Shown piece after piece: positions 19,076 through 28,827 of a stretch of DNA of 64,000 nucleotides. The notes under the pieces were generated by a model. The model was not told the origin of the DNA, made no database searches, and saw nothing but the letters and a program-made list of their open reading frames with translations. How positions within the stretch are numbered: the stretch's first letter is position 1; the number at the start of each line of letters is the position of its first letter. The stretch lies in assembly GCA_014801225.1 (NCBI GenBank), contig JAAVEO010000039.1, forward strand, positions 26,133-90,132. Direction: 5' to 3'. The position numbers were made by a program, and so were the translations under genes. Origin of the DNA: Bacteroides sp. GTDB taxonomy: Bacteria; Bacteroidota; Bacteroidia; Bacteroidales; Muribaculaceae.

Positions 19076-20647
19076 ATGATCTTAAAATCCTTCAAAAAGG
19101 CCCTTAACCGGTGCTTCGGGATTCTCTGCATCGCAGGTCTCGCTTATGGCATGACCTCCTGTAAGAGTGATGATGAGACAGCCAACTACTCCCCCTTTGA
19201 TCCGAAGCAGGAGGTGGTAGTGACCAGTTTCACTCCCGAAGAAGGTGGTTATCAGGACCAGATCGTAATCTACGGTCGTAACTTCGGCAACAAGAAAGAG
19301 AATGTAACTCTTAAGATCGGCGGCAAAGAAGCCGTTGTGGTAAACGTACAGTGGGACAAGCTTTATGCTTTCGTTCCCTCTCAGGCTTTCTCCGGTGAGG
19401 TGGAAGTGACTGTCACCGACGGAGAGGGGAATGTAAAGACTGCCACAGCTTCCAAAAACTTTACATACGAGGCTAAGGTAGTGGTAGGCACTCTTTGCGG
19501 TTACCAGAATGAGCATGACTCTCAGGGTGAGCTCTTCGGCTCCTTTGATGTCTGCACCGGCTTTCTCTATGAAGGATGTCTCGCTTTTGACCCCCTATAT
19601 CCCGACAAGCTTTACATCGCTTACGATACAGGCAGCGGTTATCTCGCCGAGCTCAATCTCGAGACCCGCACTTACAGCCGTCTGATGTCGGCCAACAAGT
19701 TCCAGAACCAGCGTCTGCGTAACATCGCGTTCTCTCAGGATGGCAAATATATGCTCGTATCCACCGACCGCGCTGACAATGACCTCCACTCCACAAGTGT
19801 ATGGATCGTGACCCGCAATGCCAACGGCACTTTCTCCGACTCCAGCTCTTGCCAGCCTCTCGTGGCTTACAAGCAGTGTAACTCCGTAGCGGTTCACCCC
19901 GTGAATGGTGAAGTTTACTTCAACTCCTTCTCCAATGGTGAGCTCTTCACAATGAATCTTGACGACTATCTGAACTTCGAGCCTACAGTAAGCAATCCTC
20001 TTACAGGCGAGATGACAAGCTGGACCGGCTACCGCGAGGACAACTGCTTCCGCGAACTCTTCAAGATTCAGGACCCCTCTTACGAGTTCATGGTGACTAT
20101 CCACCCCTCCGGCAACTATGCTTACCTTACTGTCGTAAACCGCAGTTACATCCTTCGTTCCGACTATGACTGGAACAAGAAACAGTTCACTACTCCCTAC
20201 GTAATCGCAGGTGAGAACGGTATCGAAGATTATACCGACGCAGTAGGAACAAGCGCGCGTCTCCATCGTCCGTACCAGGGTGTATTCGTGAAGAACGAGA
20301 AATATGTGGAAGAGGGTCGCGATGATGTCTACGACTTCTATATCGCCGACTGTCTCAACTTCTGTATCCGTTCGCTCACTCCCGACGGCATCATGCGTAC
20401 TTATGCGGGCCACTCCCCCTCCACCAACGGTAACATCTGGGGTACGGAGGATGGCGATCCCCGTCAGGCTGCACGTTTCCGCGACGTGACCGGTATCGCT
20501 TACAGCGAGGCAAGAAAGTGCTTCTACGTTCTTGACCACAACAACCGCCGTATCCGTTCTATCGGTAAAGAGAGCGAGGAGACAATCATCGTTCCTCCCG
20601 TTGTTGACGAGGAGACTGAGGAGACTGAAACTCCTTCCGAGAACTAA
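19076..20647 (+). CDS. IPT/TIG-domain plus beta-propeller surface lipoprotein (PUL-associated)
   Basis: Lipobox MTSC; IPT region (FTPEEGG...IYGRNFG...LKIGG); NHL-like propeller C-terminus (YIADCLNFCIR, ARFRDVTGIA). Confidence 0.85.
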   Translation: MILKSFKKALNRCFGILCIAGLAYGMTSCKSDDETANYSPFDPKQEVVVTSFTPEEGGYQDQIVIYGRNFGNKKENVTLKIGGKEAVVVNVQWDKLYAFVPSQAFSGEVEVTVTDGEGNVKTATASKNFTYEAKVVVGTLCGYQNEHDSQGELFGSFDVCTGFLYEGCLAFDPLYPDKLYIAYDTGSGYLAELNLETRTYSRLMSANKFQNQRLRNIAFSQDGKYMLVSTDRADNDLHSTSVWIVTRNANGTFSDSSSCQPLVAYKQCNSVAVHPVNGEVYFNSFSNGELFTMNLDDYLNFEPTVSNPLTGEMTSWTGYREDNCFRELFKIQDPSYEFMVTIHPSGNYAYLTVVNRSYILRSDYDWNKKQFTTPYVIAGENGIEDYTDAVGTSARLHRPYQGVFVKNEKYVEEGRDDVYDFYIADCLNFCIRSLTPDGIMRTYAGHSPSTNGNIWGTEDGDPRQAARFRDVTGIAYSEARKCFYVLDHNNRRIRSIGKESEETIIVPPVVDEETEETETPSEN

Positions 20648-20681
20648 TCCCCACCACTGATAAACTCAACCTACATCACTA

Positions 20682-23600
20682 ATGAACAAGAGAATACTCT
20701 CGCTACTCGTGGCCGGCGCGCTCACAACCGCTGCTGCGATGGCAAAAGAATATAGCGGCACAGTGCTCAGCACTTCCGACGGCGAGCCCCTTATCGGCGC
20801 CACTGTCATGGTGAAGGGTACAAATGTCGGCGTAACTACCGACCTCGACGGTAACTTTACCATCGATATCCCGCAGAATGGAAAAACTCTCGTAGTATCC
20901 TACGTTGGTATGGAGAGCATGGAGATACCTGTGAAAGAACTTCAGGACTCCGGTAATGAAATCAAACTTAACGAACTCAAGACAGAACTTGACGAGGTAG
21001 TCGTCACCGGTATGGGTCAGCGTAAGAAAATTACAGTGACCGGCGCCGTGACAAATGTGGATGTCGACGACATGAAGCATTTCTCCTCCTCAAGCCTTAC
21101 AAATGCTCTGGCAGGTAATGTGCCGGGTATCATCGCGATGCAGACTTCCGGGCAGCCCGGTAAGAAGACTTCCGAATTCTGGGTGCGCGGTATGTCAACC
21201 TTCGGCGCAAGCTCCAAGGCTTACATCCTCGTGGACGGTTTCGAGCGCGACAACATCGACGACCTCAACATCGAGGATATCGAGACTTTCACAGTGCTTA
21301 AGGATGCCTCCGCAACAGCTATCTACGGTTCGAAAGGTGCGAACGGCGTTGTGCTCATCACTACCAAGCATGGTAAGGACAGCAAGATCAACGTGAATGT
21401 GAAACTTGAGGCTTCTTACAACACTCGTACAAAGACTCCCGAGTTTGCCGACGGTCTGACTTACGCTTCTCTTCTCAACGAGGCCAGCATCACTCGCAAC
21501 AAGGGTGTCTACTTCACTCCCACCGAGCTTCAGCTCTTCCAGAACGGACTTGACCCCGATCTCTATCCTAACGTAGACTGGAAGGACCTCCTTCTCAAGG
21601 ACGGCGCAATGAGCTATCGTGCCAACGCCAACATCAGCGGTGGCGGCGAGCGTGCCCGCTACTATGCTTCGTTCTCATTCGTGAGCGACGAGGGTATGTA
21701 TAAGACCGATTCCTCTCTGAAGGATAAATACAATACCAACGCCAACTACAACCGTTACAACTATCGTGTGAATCTGGATATCACCGCCACTCCCACCACC
21801 ATCATCAAGATCGGTACTGCCGGCGACCTCTCCACACGTAACGCTCCGGGGCAGGGTGACGACTGGGTATGGGACTCCCTCTTCGGCTACAATGCTATCC
21901 TTACTCCGGTAATGTACAGCAACGGCTATGTGCCGATGATCAACATCCTCCGCGATGACAACCGTACCAACCCCTGGGTGATGACTACTCAGACCGGTTA
22001 CCGCACGGAATGGAACAACAATCTGCAGAACAATATCTCTCTCGAACAGGATCTCCGCTTCGTGACTCCCGGTCTTCGTTTCACAGGACGTATCGGTTAT
22101 GACACTTACAACCTCAGTGTGATCGAGCATCTCCAGCGCCCCGACTGCTACTATGCCAACGGACGTGACAAAGAGACAGGCGAGGTGATCTACGACCGTA
22201 TTAAGGACAAAATCGATATGTATCAGACTTCCCGTGGTGACGGTTCCCGCCGTTTCTTCGTGGATCTGCTCCTCAACTATGGTCGTGAGTTCGGCGCCAA
22301 CAACGTAGGTGCCAACCTTAAATACACTTACGATACTTTCACCACTACTCAGAATATCGGTGACGATATCAAGAACTCCGTATCGAGAAAGAACCTCTCC
22401 TTCGCAGGTCAGCTTCTCTATAACTACGATTACCGTTACTTCGCCGATGTCAACTTCGGTTACAACGGTTCGGAGAACTTCGCCGATCACCACCGCTTCG
22501 GCTTCTTCCCCGCATTCTCACTGGGTTGGGCTCTCAACCGTGAGAAATTCATGGAGCGCGCTTCAGATTGGTTGAATGTATTCAAGATTCGCTACTCTTG
22601 GGGTAAGGTAGGTAATGATAATATCGGTGACGGCATTCGCTTCCCCTATCTCTACCTTCTCGCTCCCACCGGTGACAATGTCTATAACTTCGGTACACTC
22701 ACCGAGATGACTCCCGCCGCTTATATGAACGGCTACCACTTCGCAAGCCTTGCGGCCAACAATGTGACTTGGGAGAAATCTACAAAGCAGGACGTAGGTC
22801 TTGACCTCGCTCTCTTCAACAACAGCTTCACGCTGACTGTGGACTATTTCCATGAGAAACGTACCGGTATCTATATGCTGCGTAACTTCCTCCCCGGATC
22901 GCTCGGTCTGGAGTCCAGCCCCTGGGCTAACGTGGGTGCCGTGAAGTCGGAAGGTTTCGACGGCAACTTCAAGTATGAGAACCGTTTCGGCGAGGTAGGT
23001 GTGACCATCCGTGGTAACTTCACTTACTCCAAGAACAAGATTCTCGACTATGACGTGGAGAACAACGTATATCCTTATCAGTACAACACAGGCTACCGTA
23101 TCGGCCAAATCCGCGGCCTCGTGGCTGAGGGCCTCTTCACAAGTTATGAGGAGATTCGCAACCATCCGAAGCAGACGTTCGGCGATGTGATGCCCGGTGA
23201 TATCAAGTATAAGGACGTCAACGGCGACGGTGTGATCAACGATGATGATATCGTGGCTATCGGCTCTACCAACGTTCCGAGCCTCATCTATGGTGTGGGA
23301 GCTTCTCTTACATGGCGTGGCTTCGACTTTAACTTCCTCTTCCAGGGAGCAGGCAAATCCACTGTGATGCTCGACGGCAAGACTGTATATGCATTCTCCG
23401 GCGAACGTTACGGCCAGATTCTCGATGACCTTGTAGCCGATCGTTATATCGACGGTGAGACCGCTGCCTATCTCGGCATCCAGGCTAATGAAAGCGCTTA
23501 CGCCACTTTCCCCCGTCTCTACTTCGGTAACAACGCCAACAACTACCGCGCTTCTTCCTACTGGGCCCGCACTACTTCTTACCTGCGTCTGAAGAACCTC

Positions 23601-23792
23601 GAGCTCGGCTACTCACTCCCTGCAAGTGTGACCAAGGCTCTCCGTATGGCGAGCGCCCGTTTCTACTTCCAGGCTACCAACCTCGTGACATTCTCCAGCT
23701 TCAAGCTTTGGGATCCCGAGATGGGCAGCAGCAACGGTGAGCAGTATCCTATCACTAAGGCCTTCACTTTAGGTCTGACCGTTTCCTTCTAA
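20682..23792 (+). CDS. susC: SusC/RagA-family TonB-dependent transporter
   Basis: GEPLIGATVMVKGT; plug motif VLKDASATAIYGSKGANGVVLITTK; YNGSENF, TWEKS and YLRLKNLELGY; terminal F. Confidence 0.96.
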   Translation: MNKRILSLLVAGALTTAAAMAKEYSGTVLSTSDGEPLIGATVMVKGTNVGVTTDLDGNFTIDIPQNGKTLVVSYVGMESMEIPVKELQDSGNEIKLNELKTELDEVVVTGMGQRKKITVTGAVTNVDVDDMKHFSSSSLTNALAGNVPGIIAMQTSGQPGKKTSEFWVRGMSTFGASSKAYILVDGFERDNIDDLNIEDIETFTVLKDASATAIYGSKGANGVVLITTKHGKDSKINVNVKLEASYNTRTKTPEFADGLTYASLLNEASITRNKGVYFTPTELQLFQNGLDPDLYPNVDWKDLLLKDGAMSYRANANISGGGERARYYASFSFVSDEGMYKTDSSLKDKYNTNANYNRYNYRVNLDITATPTTIIKIGTAGDLSTRNAPGQGDDWVWDSLFGYNAILTPVMYSNGYVPMINILRDDNRTNPWVMTTQTGYRTEWNNNLQNNISLEQDLRFVTPGLRFTGRIGYDTYNLSVIEHLQRPDCYYANGRDKETGEVIYDRIKDKIDMYQTSRGDGSRRFFVDLLLNYGREFGANNVGANLKYTYDTFTTTQNIGDDIKNSVSRKNLSFAGQLLYNYDYRYFADVNFGYNGSENFADHHRFGFFPAFSLGWALNREKFMERASDWLNVFKIRYSWGKVGNDNIGDGIRFPYLYLLAPTGDNVYNFGTLTEMTPAAYMNGYHFASLAANNVTWEKSTKQDVGLDLALFNNSFTLTVDYFHEKRTGIYMLRNFLPGSLGLESSPWANVGAVKSEGFDGNFKYENRFGEVGVTIRGNFTYSKNKILDYDVENNVYPYQYNTGYRIGQIRGLVAEGLFTSYEEIRNHPKQTFGDVMPGDIKYKDVNGDGVINDDDIVAIGSTNVPSLIYGVGASLTWRGFDFNFLFQGAGKSTVMLDGKTVYAFSGERYGQILDDLVADRYIDGETAAYLGIQANESAYATFPRLYFGNNANNYRASSYWARTTSYLRLKNLELGYSLPASVTKALRMASARFYFQATNLVTFSSFKLWDPEMGSSNGEQYPITKAFTLGLTVSF

Positions 23793-23807
23793 TCTGACAT
23801 CATTACA

Positions 23808-25979
23808 ATGAAAAAGAATATTATAGCTCCGGCATTGAGCCTCATCGCATGCGCAGCTCTCATGAGCTCCTGCGCCAAGGAACTTGATTCCGACAAATAT
23901 TTCGACGATCGTGTCACTCTGGAATCTGTGTTCACGAATGTCAACCAGGCCAACGGCTGGCTTTCTCAGGCATTCTCTTTCCTGAAGAATGACCTCGCCG
24001 ACTGCCACACCAAGGGTGGCGCATTCAACCATTGTTTCGCCGATGACATGTACTACGGCGACCGCGACCCGAACAAGGGTGCCGCTTTTCCATATATGGA
24101 GTCGTACAACGCTTTCAAGAAGGGCGATTATGACGAGAACTTCGGCGCCGGCTTCTGGGATCAGGCTTACAAGGGTATCTTCCAGGCTTCTATCTTCATC
24201 CATAATATCGACAAGCTCAAAGGCACAATCGGCGTGACTGAGGAGGAAGTGGAGGATATGAAGGGTCAGGCCCGCTTCGTTCGCGCTTACTTCTACTGGA
24301 TGCTTCTCCGCAAGTATGGTCCGGTGCCCATCATGCCTGATGAGACTGCCGACTATACTCTCTCTTACGATGAACTCTCCTACCCCCGTAACTCTTACGA
24401 GGAGGTGGCCGACTTTATCGGAGAAGAGATGGTGCAGGCCTGCAAGGAGCTGAAGAACTGGAACCGTTTCCAGGGTCAGACCGATGCCCGCTCTATCATC
24501 CGTCCTACCCGCGGCGCCGCTCTCGCTACCCGTGCTCTCGCATATGTGTATGCCGCTTCTCCTCTCGCCAACGGCCAGCTTGCCAACGGCGAGCATGATC
24601 CGAGCGTGACAGCAGGATTCGTATCTCAGCTTGTCAACAAAGATGGCAAGGAGTTGCTCAGCACTACTTATGACGAGTCTAAATGGGCAAAAGCTGCCGC
24701 AGCCTGCCGCGACGTCATCGAATGTCCGGCCAACTATGAGCTCTATCATGTAGGCATCCAGACTGTAGACAACAAGACTACCGGTTATCCCAAGACTATC
24801 ACTCCTCCCGATGACGGCGACTTCTCCAACAAGCCCTGGCCGGAAGGATGGGCCGATATCGACCCCTATCTCTCTTACCGTGACTTCTTCAACGGCGGTG
24901 CCGGTCTTGACAACACAGAGATTATCTTCTCTCGCGGCTACAATGCTGCCGACGGATGGCATAACAATGTGGATGGCTTCGTATCTCATGCCCTCCCCAA
25001 CAACCTCTTCGGCTTCAACTGCCATGGTCTGACTCAGAAGATGGTGGATGCATACTACATGAATGACGGTACAGACTGTCCCGGTAAGGATAGCGAGTAC
25101 GGCGGTCCGGATGCCGATCCCCGTCCGCGTCGTGAGGGCTGGACCACAACACGTGGTGAGAACGCCTATACCAACTTCCCCCCTCTCGGTCAGAACGTCT
25201 CTTTGCAGTATGCAGAGCGTGAACCCCGATTCTATGCTTCCGTTGCCTTTAACGGCAGCTACTGGTGGAATGCCAATCCTGATGTGAACAGCCACTACAT
25301 GCAGGTATTCTACTATCGCGGCACTATCACCGACAATACTACCAAGGAGACTTTCAACAACGGTTACCAGAACTCCCCCTACTATCTGCGTACAGGTATC
25401 GGCGTGAAGAAGTTCGTTCACCCCAACGACTGGCGCAGTGTGCGCGACGGTGAGGATTATGAGCACTTCGTACACAAATGGGAGCCCGCTATCCGCTATG
25501 CCGACATTCTTCTGATGTATGCCGAGTGTCTCAACGAGCTCAACGGTTCTTACTCCATCCCATCTTGGGACGGCGCCACTACCTACAACGTATCTCGCAA
25601 TGTAGCCGAGATGAAGCGCGGTATCCGCCCCGTACGCTGTCGTGCCGGTGTGCCTGACTATGACGGTGGTGTCTACGGCAGCCAGTCGCAGCTCCGCAAG
25701 CGCATCAAACGCGAGCGTATGATCGAGTTCATGGGCGAGGGCAAGCGTTATTATGACCTCCGTCGCTGGATGGATGCTCCTGTAGAAGAAACCAAGACTA
25801 TCTATGGTTGTAACGTTCTGATGACGCAGGCTCAGAAAGATGAGTTCCAGCAGATTGTACCTATCTACGATCTTCCCACCGTATTCTCCGAAAAGATGTA
25901 CTTCTGGCCTATCTCCACTGATGAGCTCAAGAAGAACAAGAATCTTGTACAGAACCCCGGATGGAAGACATTTCTCTAA
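23808..25979 (+). CDS. susD: SusD/RagB-family glycan-binding lipoprotein
   Basis: Lipobox MSSC; GQARFVRAYFY, YGPVPI, IRYADILLMYAE, ERMIEFMGEGKRYYDLRRW and QNPGW motifs. Confidence 0.96.
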   Translation: MKKNIIAPALSLIACAALMSSCAKELDSDKYFDDRVTLESVFTNVNQANGWLSQAFSFLKNDLADCHTKGGAFNHCFADDMYYGDRDPNKGAAFPYMESYNAFKKGDYDENFGAGFWDQAYKGIFQASIFIHNIDKLKGTIGVTEEEVEDMKGQARFVRAYFYWMLLRKYGPVPIMPDETADYTLSYDELSYPRNSYEEVADFIGEEMVQACKELKNWNRFQGQTDARSIIRPTRGAALATRALAYVYAASPLANGQLANGEHDPSVTAGFVSQLVNKDGKELLSTTYDESKWAKAAAACRDVIECPANYELYHVGIQTVDNKTTGYPKTITPPDDGDFSNKPWPEGWADIDPYLSYRDFFNGGAGLDNTEIIFSRGYNAADGWHNNVDGFVSHALPNNLFGFNCHGLTQKMVDAYYMNDGTDCPGKDSEYGGPDADPRPRREGWTTTRGENAYTNFPPLGQNVSLQYAEREPRFYASVAFNGSYWWNANPDVNSHYMQVFYYRGTITDNTTKETFNNGYQNSPYYLRTGIGVKKFVHPNDWRSVRDGEDYEHFVHKWEPAIRYADILLMYAECLNELNGSYSIPSWDGATTYNVSRNVAEMKRGIRPVRCRAGVPDYDGGVYGSQSQLRKRIKRERMIEFMGEGKRYYDLRRWMDAPVEETKTIYGCNVLMTQAQKDEFQQIVPIYDLPTVFSEKMYFWPISTDELKKNKNLVQNPGWKTFL

Positions 25980-26000
25980 TCAATTAACCTACACACAGAA

Positions 26001-27050
26001 ATGAAAATCGCAAAAATATTCGGACTCTGCTGCCTCGCCGCTGTAGGTTGCACAGGATTCACTTCCTGCAACGAAGACATCGTGGAGGAACAGTACCAGC
26101 ACTACGTCGGCTTCAAGGCTCCCCTCGATACGGAGGGCAACAGTGTCGGCGTGACTACAATCTATGTACCTTACACTCGTCATGACGAGAACGATAAGCC
26201 TCTCTACGAGGCTGAGGGTATCTCCCACTATGATCTTCCAGTGATCGTAGCCGGATCTACCAACATTGAGAATGCTCTCACCGTTCATATCGCACCTTCG
26301 GATACACTTCCTATCCTCAATATGGAGCGTTTCAGCGCTTCAAGAAAGGATATCTGGTACAACGATATGTCGCAGTTCGCTTCTTATGATCCCACTGTGA
26401 CAGTGGCCGGAGGAACAAGCAAGGCTCTGCTCCGCATCAAGTTTGATTTCCGCAATATCGATCTTGCCGACAAGTATGTGCTCCCTCTTACTATCGCCGA
26501 GACTCCCGATTGCGGATATCAGCGCAATCCGCTCAAGAACTTCGCAACAGCCATGCTCCGTGTGCTTCCCTACACTATGTTCTCCGGAACATACAATACT
26601 CAGATGAAGAGTCACATCATCAATACCAGCGTAGCCGATGAGGAGGGTGCAGCCCTCAACTCCATCATGACTTACTGCGTAGGTGATGACAAGGTGTTCT
26701 TCTATGCAGGATCCTTTAACGAGGATTCTCAGGACCGCAAGAAATTCAAGGTATTCGCACAGTTTATCCCCTATGAGCAGGGCGGTAACCGTGGTACGGT
26801 GGTTCTCTCAAGCGAAAATCCGGACATGCATCTCCAGCAGGTGGGCACTGCCACTTATACAATTCTTGAAGTGGACGATGAAGTTGAGACCTACGTAATG
26901 CGTCGCACTGTGATCATCAATGATCTCAACTATACATTTACCGATTATGTGACAGCTCCGGGCTCTTCAATCGACTATCAGGTGTCGGGCACAATGACCC
27001 TCGAACGCAAGTTCAACACCCAGATGCCGGAGGAGGATCAGATCAACTGA
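26001..27050 (+). CDS. SusE-positioned lipoprotein (DUF4973/DUF1735-like)
   Basis: Lipobox FTSC; follows SusD; DTLPILNMERF and KYVLPLTI motifs resemble DUF1735/BT_3987-type domains. Confidence 0.78.
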   Translation: MKIAKIFGLCCLAAVGCTGFTSCNEDIVEEQYQHYVGFKAPLDTEGNSVGVTTIYVPYTRHDENDKPLYEAEGISHYDLPVIVAGSTNIENALTVHIAPSDTLPILNMERFSASRKDIWYNDMSQFASYDPTVTVAGGTSKALLRIKFDFRNIDLADKYVLPLTIAETPDCGYQRNPLKNFATAMLRVLPYTMFSGTYNTQMKSHIINTSVADEEGAALNSIMTYCVGDDKVFFYAGSFNEDSQDRKKFKVFAQFIPYEQGGNRGTVVLSSENPDMHLQQVGTATYTILEVDDEVETYVMRRTVIINDLNYTFTDYVTAPGSSIDYQVSGTMTLERKFNTQMPEEDQIN

Positions 27051-27090
27051 TTCTGAGATTCGCAATCAGGCTCCTTGCCTGAATAATATC

Positions 27091-27141
27091 AGCGGTGGGT
27101 GTCGGAAAGATGAAAACATTTTTTCTATACTCACCGCTTTT
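27091..27141 (+). terminator. Probable terminator hairpin
   Basis: AGCGGTGGGT...ACTCACCGCT stem followed by TTT. Confidence 0.5.
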
Positions 27142-27159
27142 CCTTTCAAATAAAGCATC

Positions 27160-28740
27160 ATGAAAAAATCTTCACTTTTATTGACTCTCGGCACCATGGT
27201 TCTCTCCGGCGCTTACGCGAGTGCAGCTCCTGCTTCTTCCGAAGATATGGAACTGGCAGCGGAGAATATCAAGCGTGCATCCAAAATAATGGATATCACA
27301 TGGAGTAGGGCTTCCATAGGCAAAGACGGTGATTTCGGACTGAAAGACCAGATTCATTTCAAGACTTCGATCGATTTCGGACCGTCCGATGTCTGGCCTT
27401 ATACGGCAGCGATTGAAGCCCATAACTCCATGCTTGAAGCCCTGGAGGCTATCAAGAAATGGAATCCGACAGTATATGACATCTATTACTCCAAATACCG
27501 CAGCCGTCTTGATCAGCTTATTGACAACCTTGAATGGTATCGCGGCACATATAGCCTCGCTTCTTACGCAACTGAGGCTAAGGATGTAAGCCCCTATGCA
27601 GTGCCTCGGGCAGGACAACGCGGGGGAGCCAATGTGACCGGAATACTCAACGTATATGACGATCAGGAATGGCTTGCCCGCGAGCTTATACGTGCATATA
27701 GAGTGACCGACAATGAGGATTATCTTGACCTTGCCACTTACCTTGTGGACTATGTGCTCGAAGGTTGGGACTGCTGGCGTGATAACGAAGGGAACGAATA
27801 TGGCGGAATCACCTGGGGACCGGGTTACAACTCCAAGCACGCTTGCTCGAACGCTCCGATGGTGCAACCCCTCGTTTGGCTCCATGATATCTATAAGGGT
27901 ACGGAAGAGATTATGGAGTATGCTTATCGCAATGAGAACAACGAAGTAGTGACTGAAATCGTAGAACGCGAGGATCATTATCTAATGTTCGCCAAGAAGA
28001 TTTATGATTGGCAGAAGGATCATCTCTATGATAAGGGAAAGAAGGTGTTCTATGATATGCTGGGTGCCGACAACACTATCATAGTGGAGGGTGGCTATCG
28101 TCAGCATATGGATACCGGCAACGCCACAGGCGCTTTCATCAGCTACAATACAGGCACCATGATTTCAGGAGCTGCCGAACTTTGCCGTGTCACCGGGGAA
28201 CATAGCTATGCCGATGATATCAATGATTTCATTGACGGCTCATGGAGAGAATTTGCAACTTACGTACGCCGTCCGGTCGCCACTTATGTGCTTAAGACAG
28301 ATGCGAGCTATGAGAATGGATTCAACACATGGTTCAATGATGTGCTGCTGCGTTCATACGTAGACGCGATTCCTTACGCAGACACCGATGGAAAAAAACC
28401 TTTGCAGTATATCGGATATCATCAGACCAATCTCGATTATGCTTTTGAGAACAATAATGTGAATAATCTTCTTCCAATCAATCTTCTCGACGGTTGGGGG
28501 GATGAGGTTCGCACAAAGCCTTTCCATCAGTTCTCTTTTGCTGCGGAATACGCCCTTTTTGCAAAACAACTTATTGGCGACGGTCTTACCGGTATTGAGG
28601 AAGTAGCAGCAGCTCCCGCCGTCGCGGATAATCTCGTATATAACCTTCACGGCGTATGTCTTGGAGAGTATAACGAGGTGAAAGAGACTCTTCCGGCCGG
28701 AATCTATGTCGTAAATTCCGCCAAAGTGGTCATCAAATAA
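27160..28740 (+). CDS. GH76-family glycoside hydrolase with a T9SS-type C-terminal signal
   Basis: NVYDDQEW (catalytic DD), GGITW, SKHACSNAP and SYNTG motifs. It ends GIEEV...VYNLHG...AGIYVVNSAKVVIK. Confidence 0.88.
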   Translation: MKKSSLLLTLGTMVLSGAYASAAPASSEDMELAAENIKRASKIMDITWSRASIGKDGDFGLKDQIHFKTSIDFGPSDVWPYTAAIEAHNSMLEALEAIKKWNPTVYDIYYSKYRSRLDQLIDNLEWYRGTYSLASYATEAKDVSPYAVPRAGQRGGANVTGILNVYDDQEWLARELIRAYRVTDNEDYLDLATYLVDYVLEGWDCWRDNEGNEYGGITWGPGYNSKHACSNAPMVQPLVWLHDIYKGTEEIMEYAYRNENNEVVTEIVEREDHYLMFAKKIYDWQKDHLYDKGKKVFYDMLGADNTIIVEGGYRQHMDTGNATGAFISYNTGTMISGAAELCRVTGEHSYADDINDFIDGSWREFATYVRRPVATYVLKTDASYENGFNTWFNDVLLRSYVDAIPYADTDGKKPLQYIGYHQTNLDYAFENNNVNNLLPINLLDGWGDEVRTKPFHQFSFAAEYALFAKQLIGDGLTGIEEVAAAPAVADNLVYNLHGVCLGEYNEVKETLPAGIYVVNSAKVVIK

Positions 28741-28770
28741 TATAGCTAACAGTTTCACCGATTATATAAA

Positions 28771-28806
28771 AGGGACTCACGTTCCGCGCGTGAGTCTCTT
28801 TTTTTT
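28771..28806 (+). terminator. Intrinsic terminator
   Basis: GGGACTCACG / CGTGAGTCTC stem followed by a T-tract. Confidence 0.8.
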
Positions 28807-28827
28807 AACAATATCTCAATAAAGTAT

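Noticed and set aside
5182-25475. Many long minus-strand ORFs (for example 8068-9444, 17602-18921, 23769-25475)
   Set aside because: They mirror highly biased + strand genes and contain no recognisable motifs.
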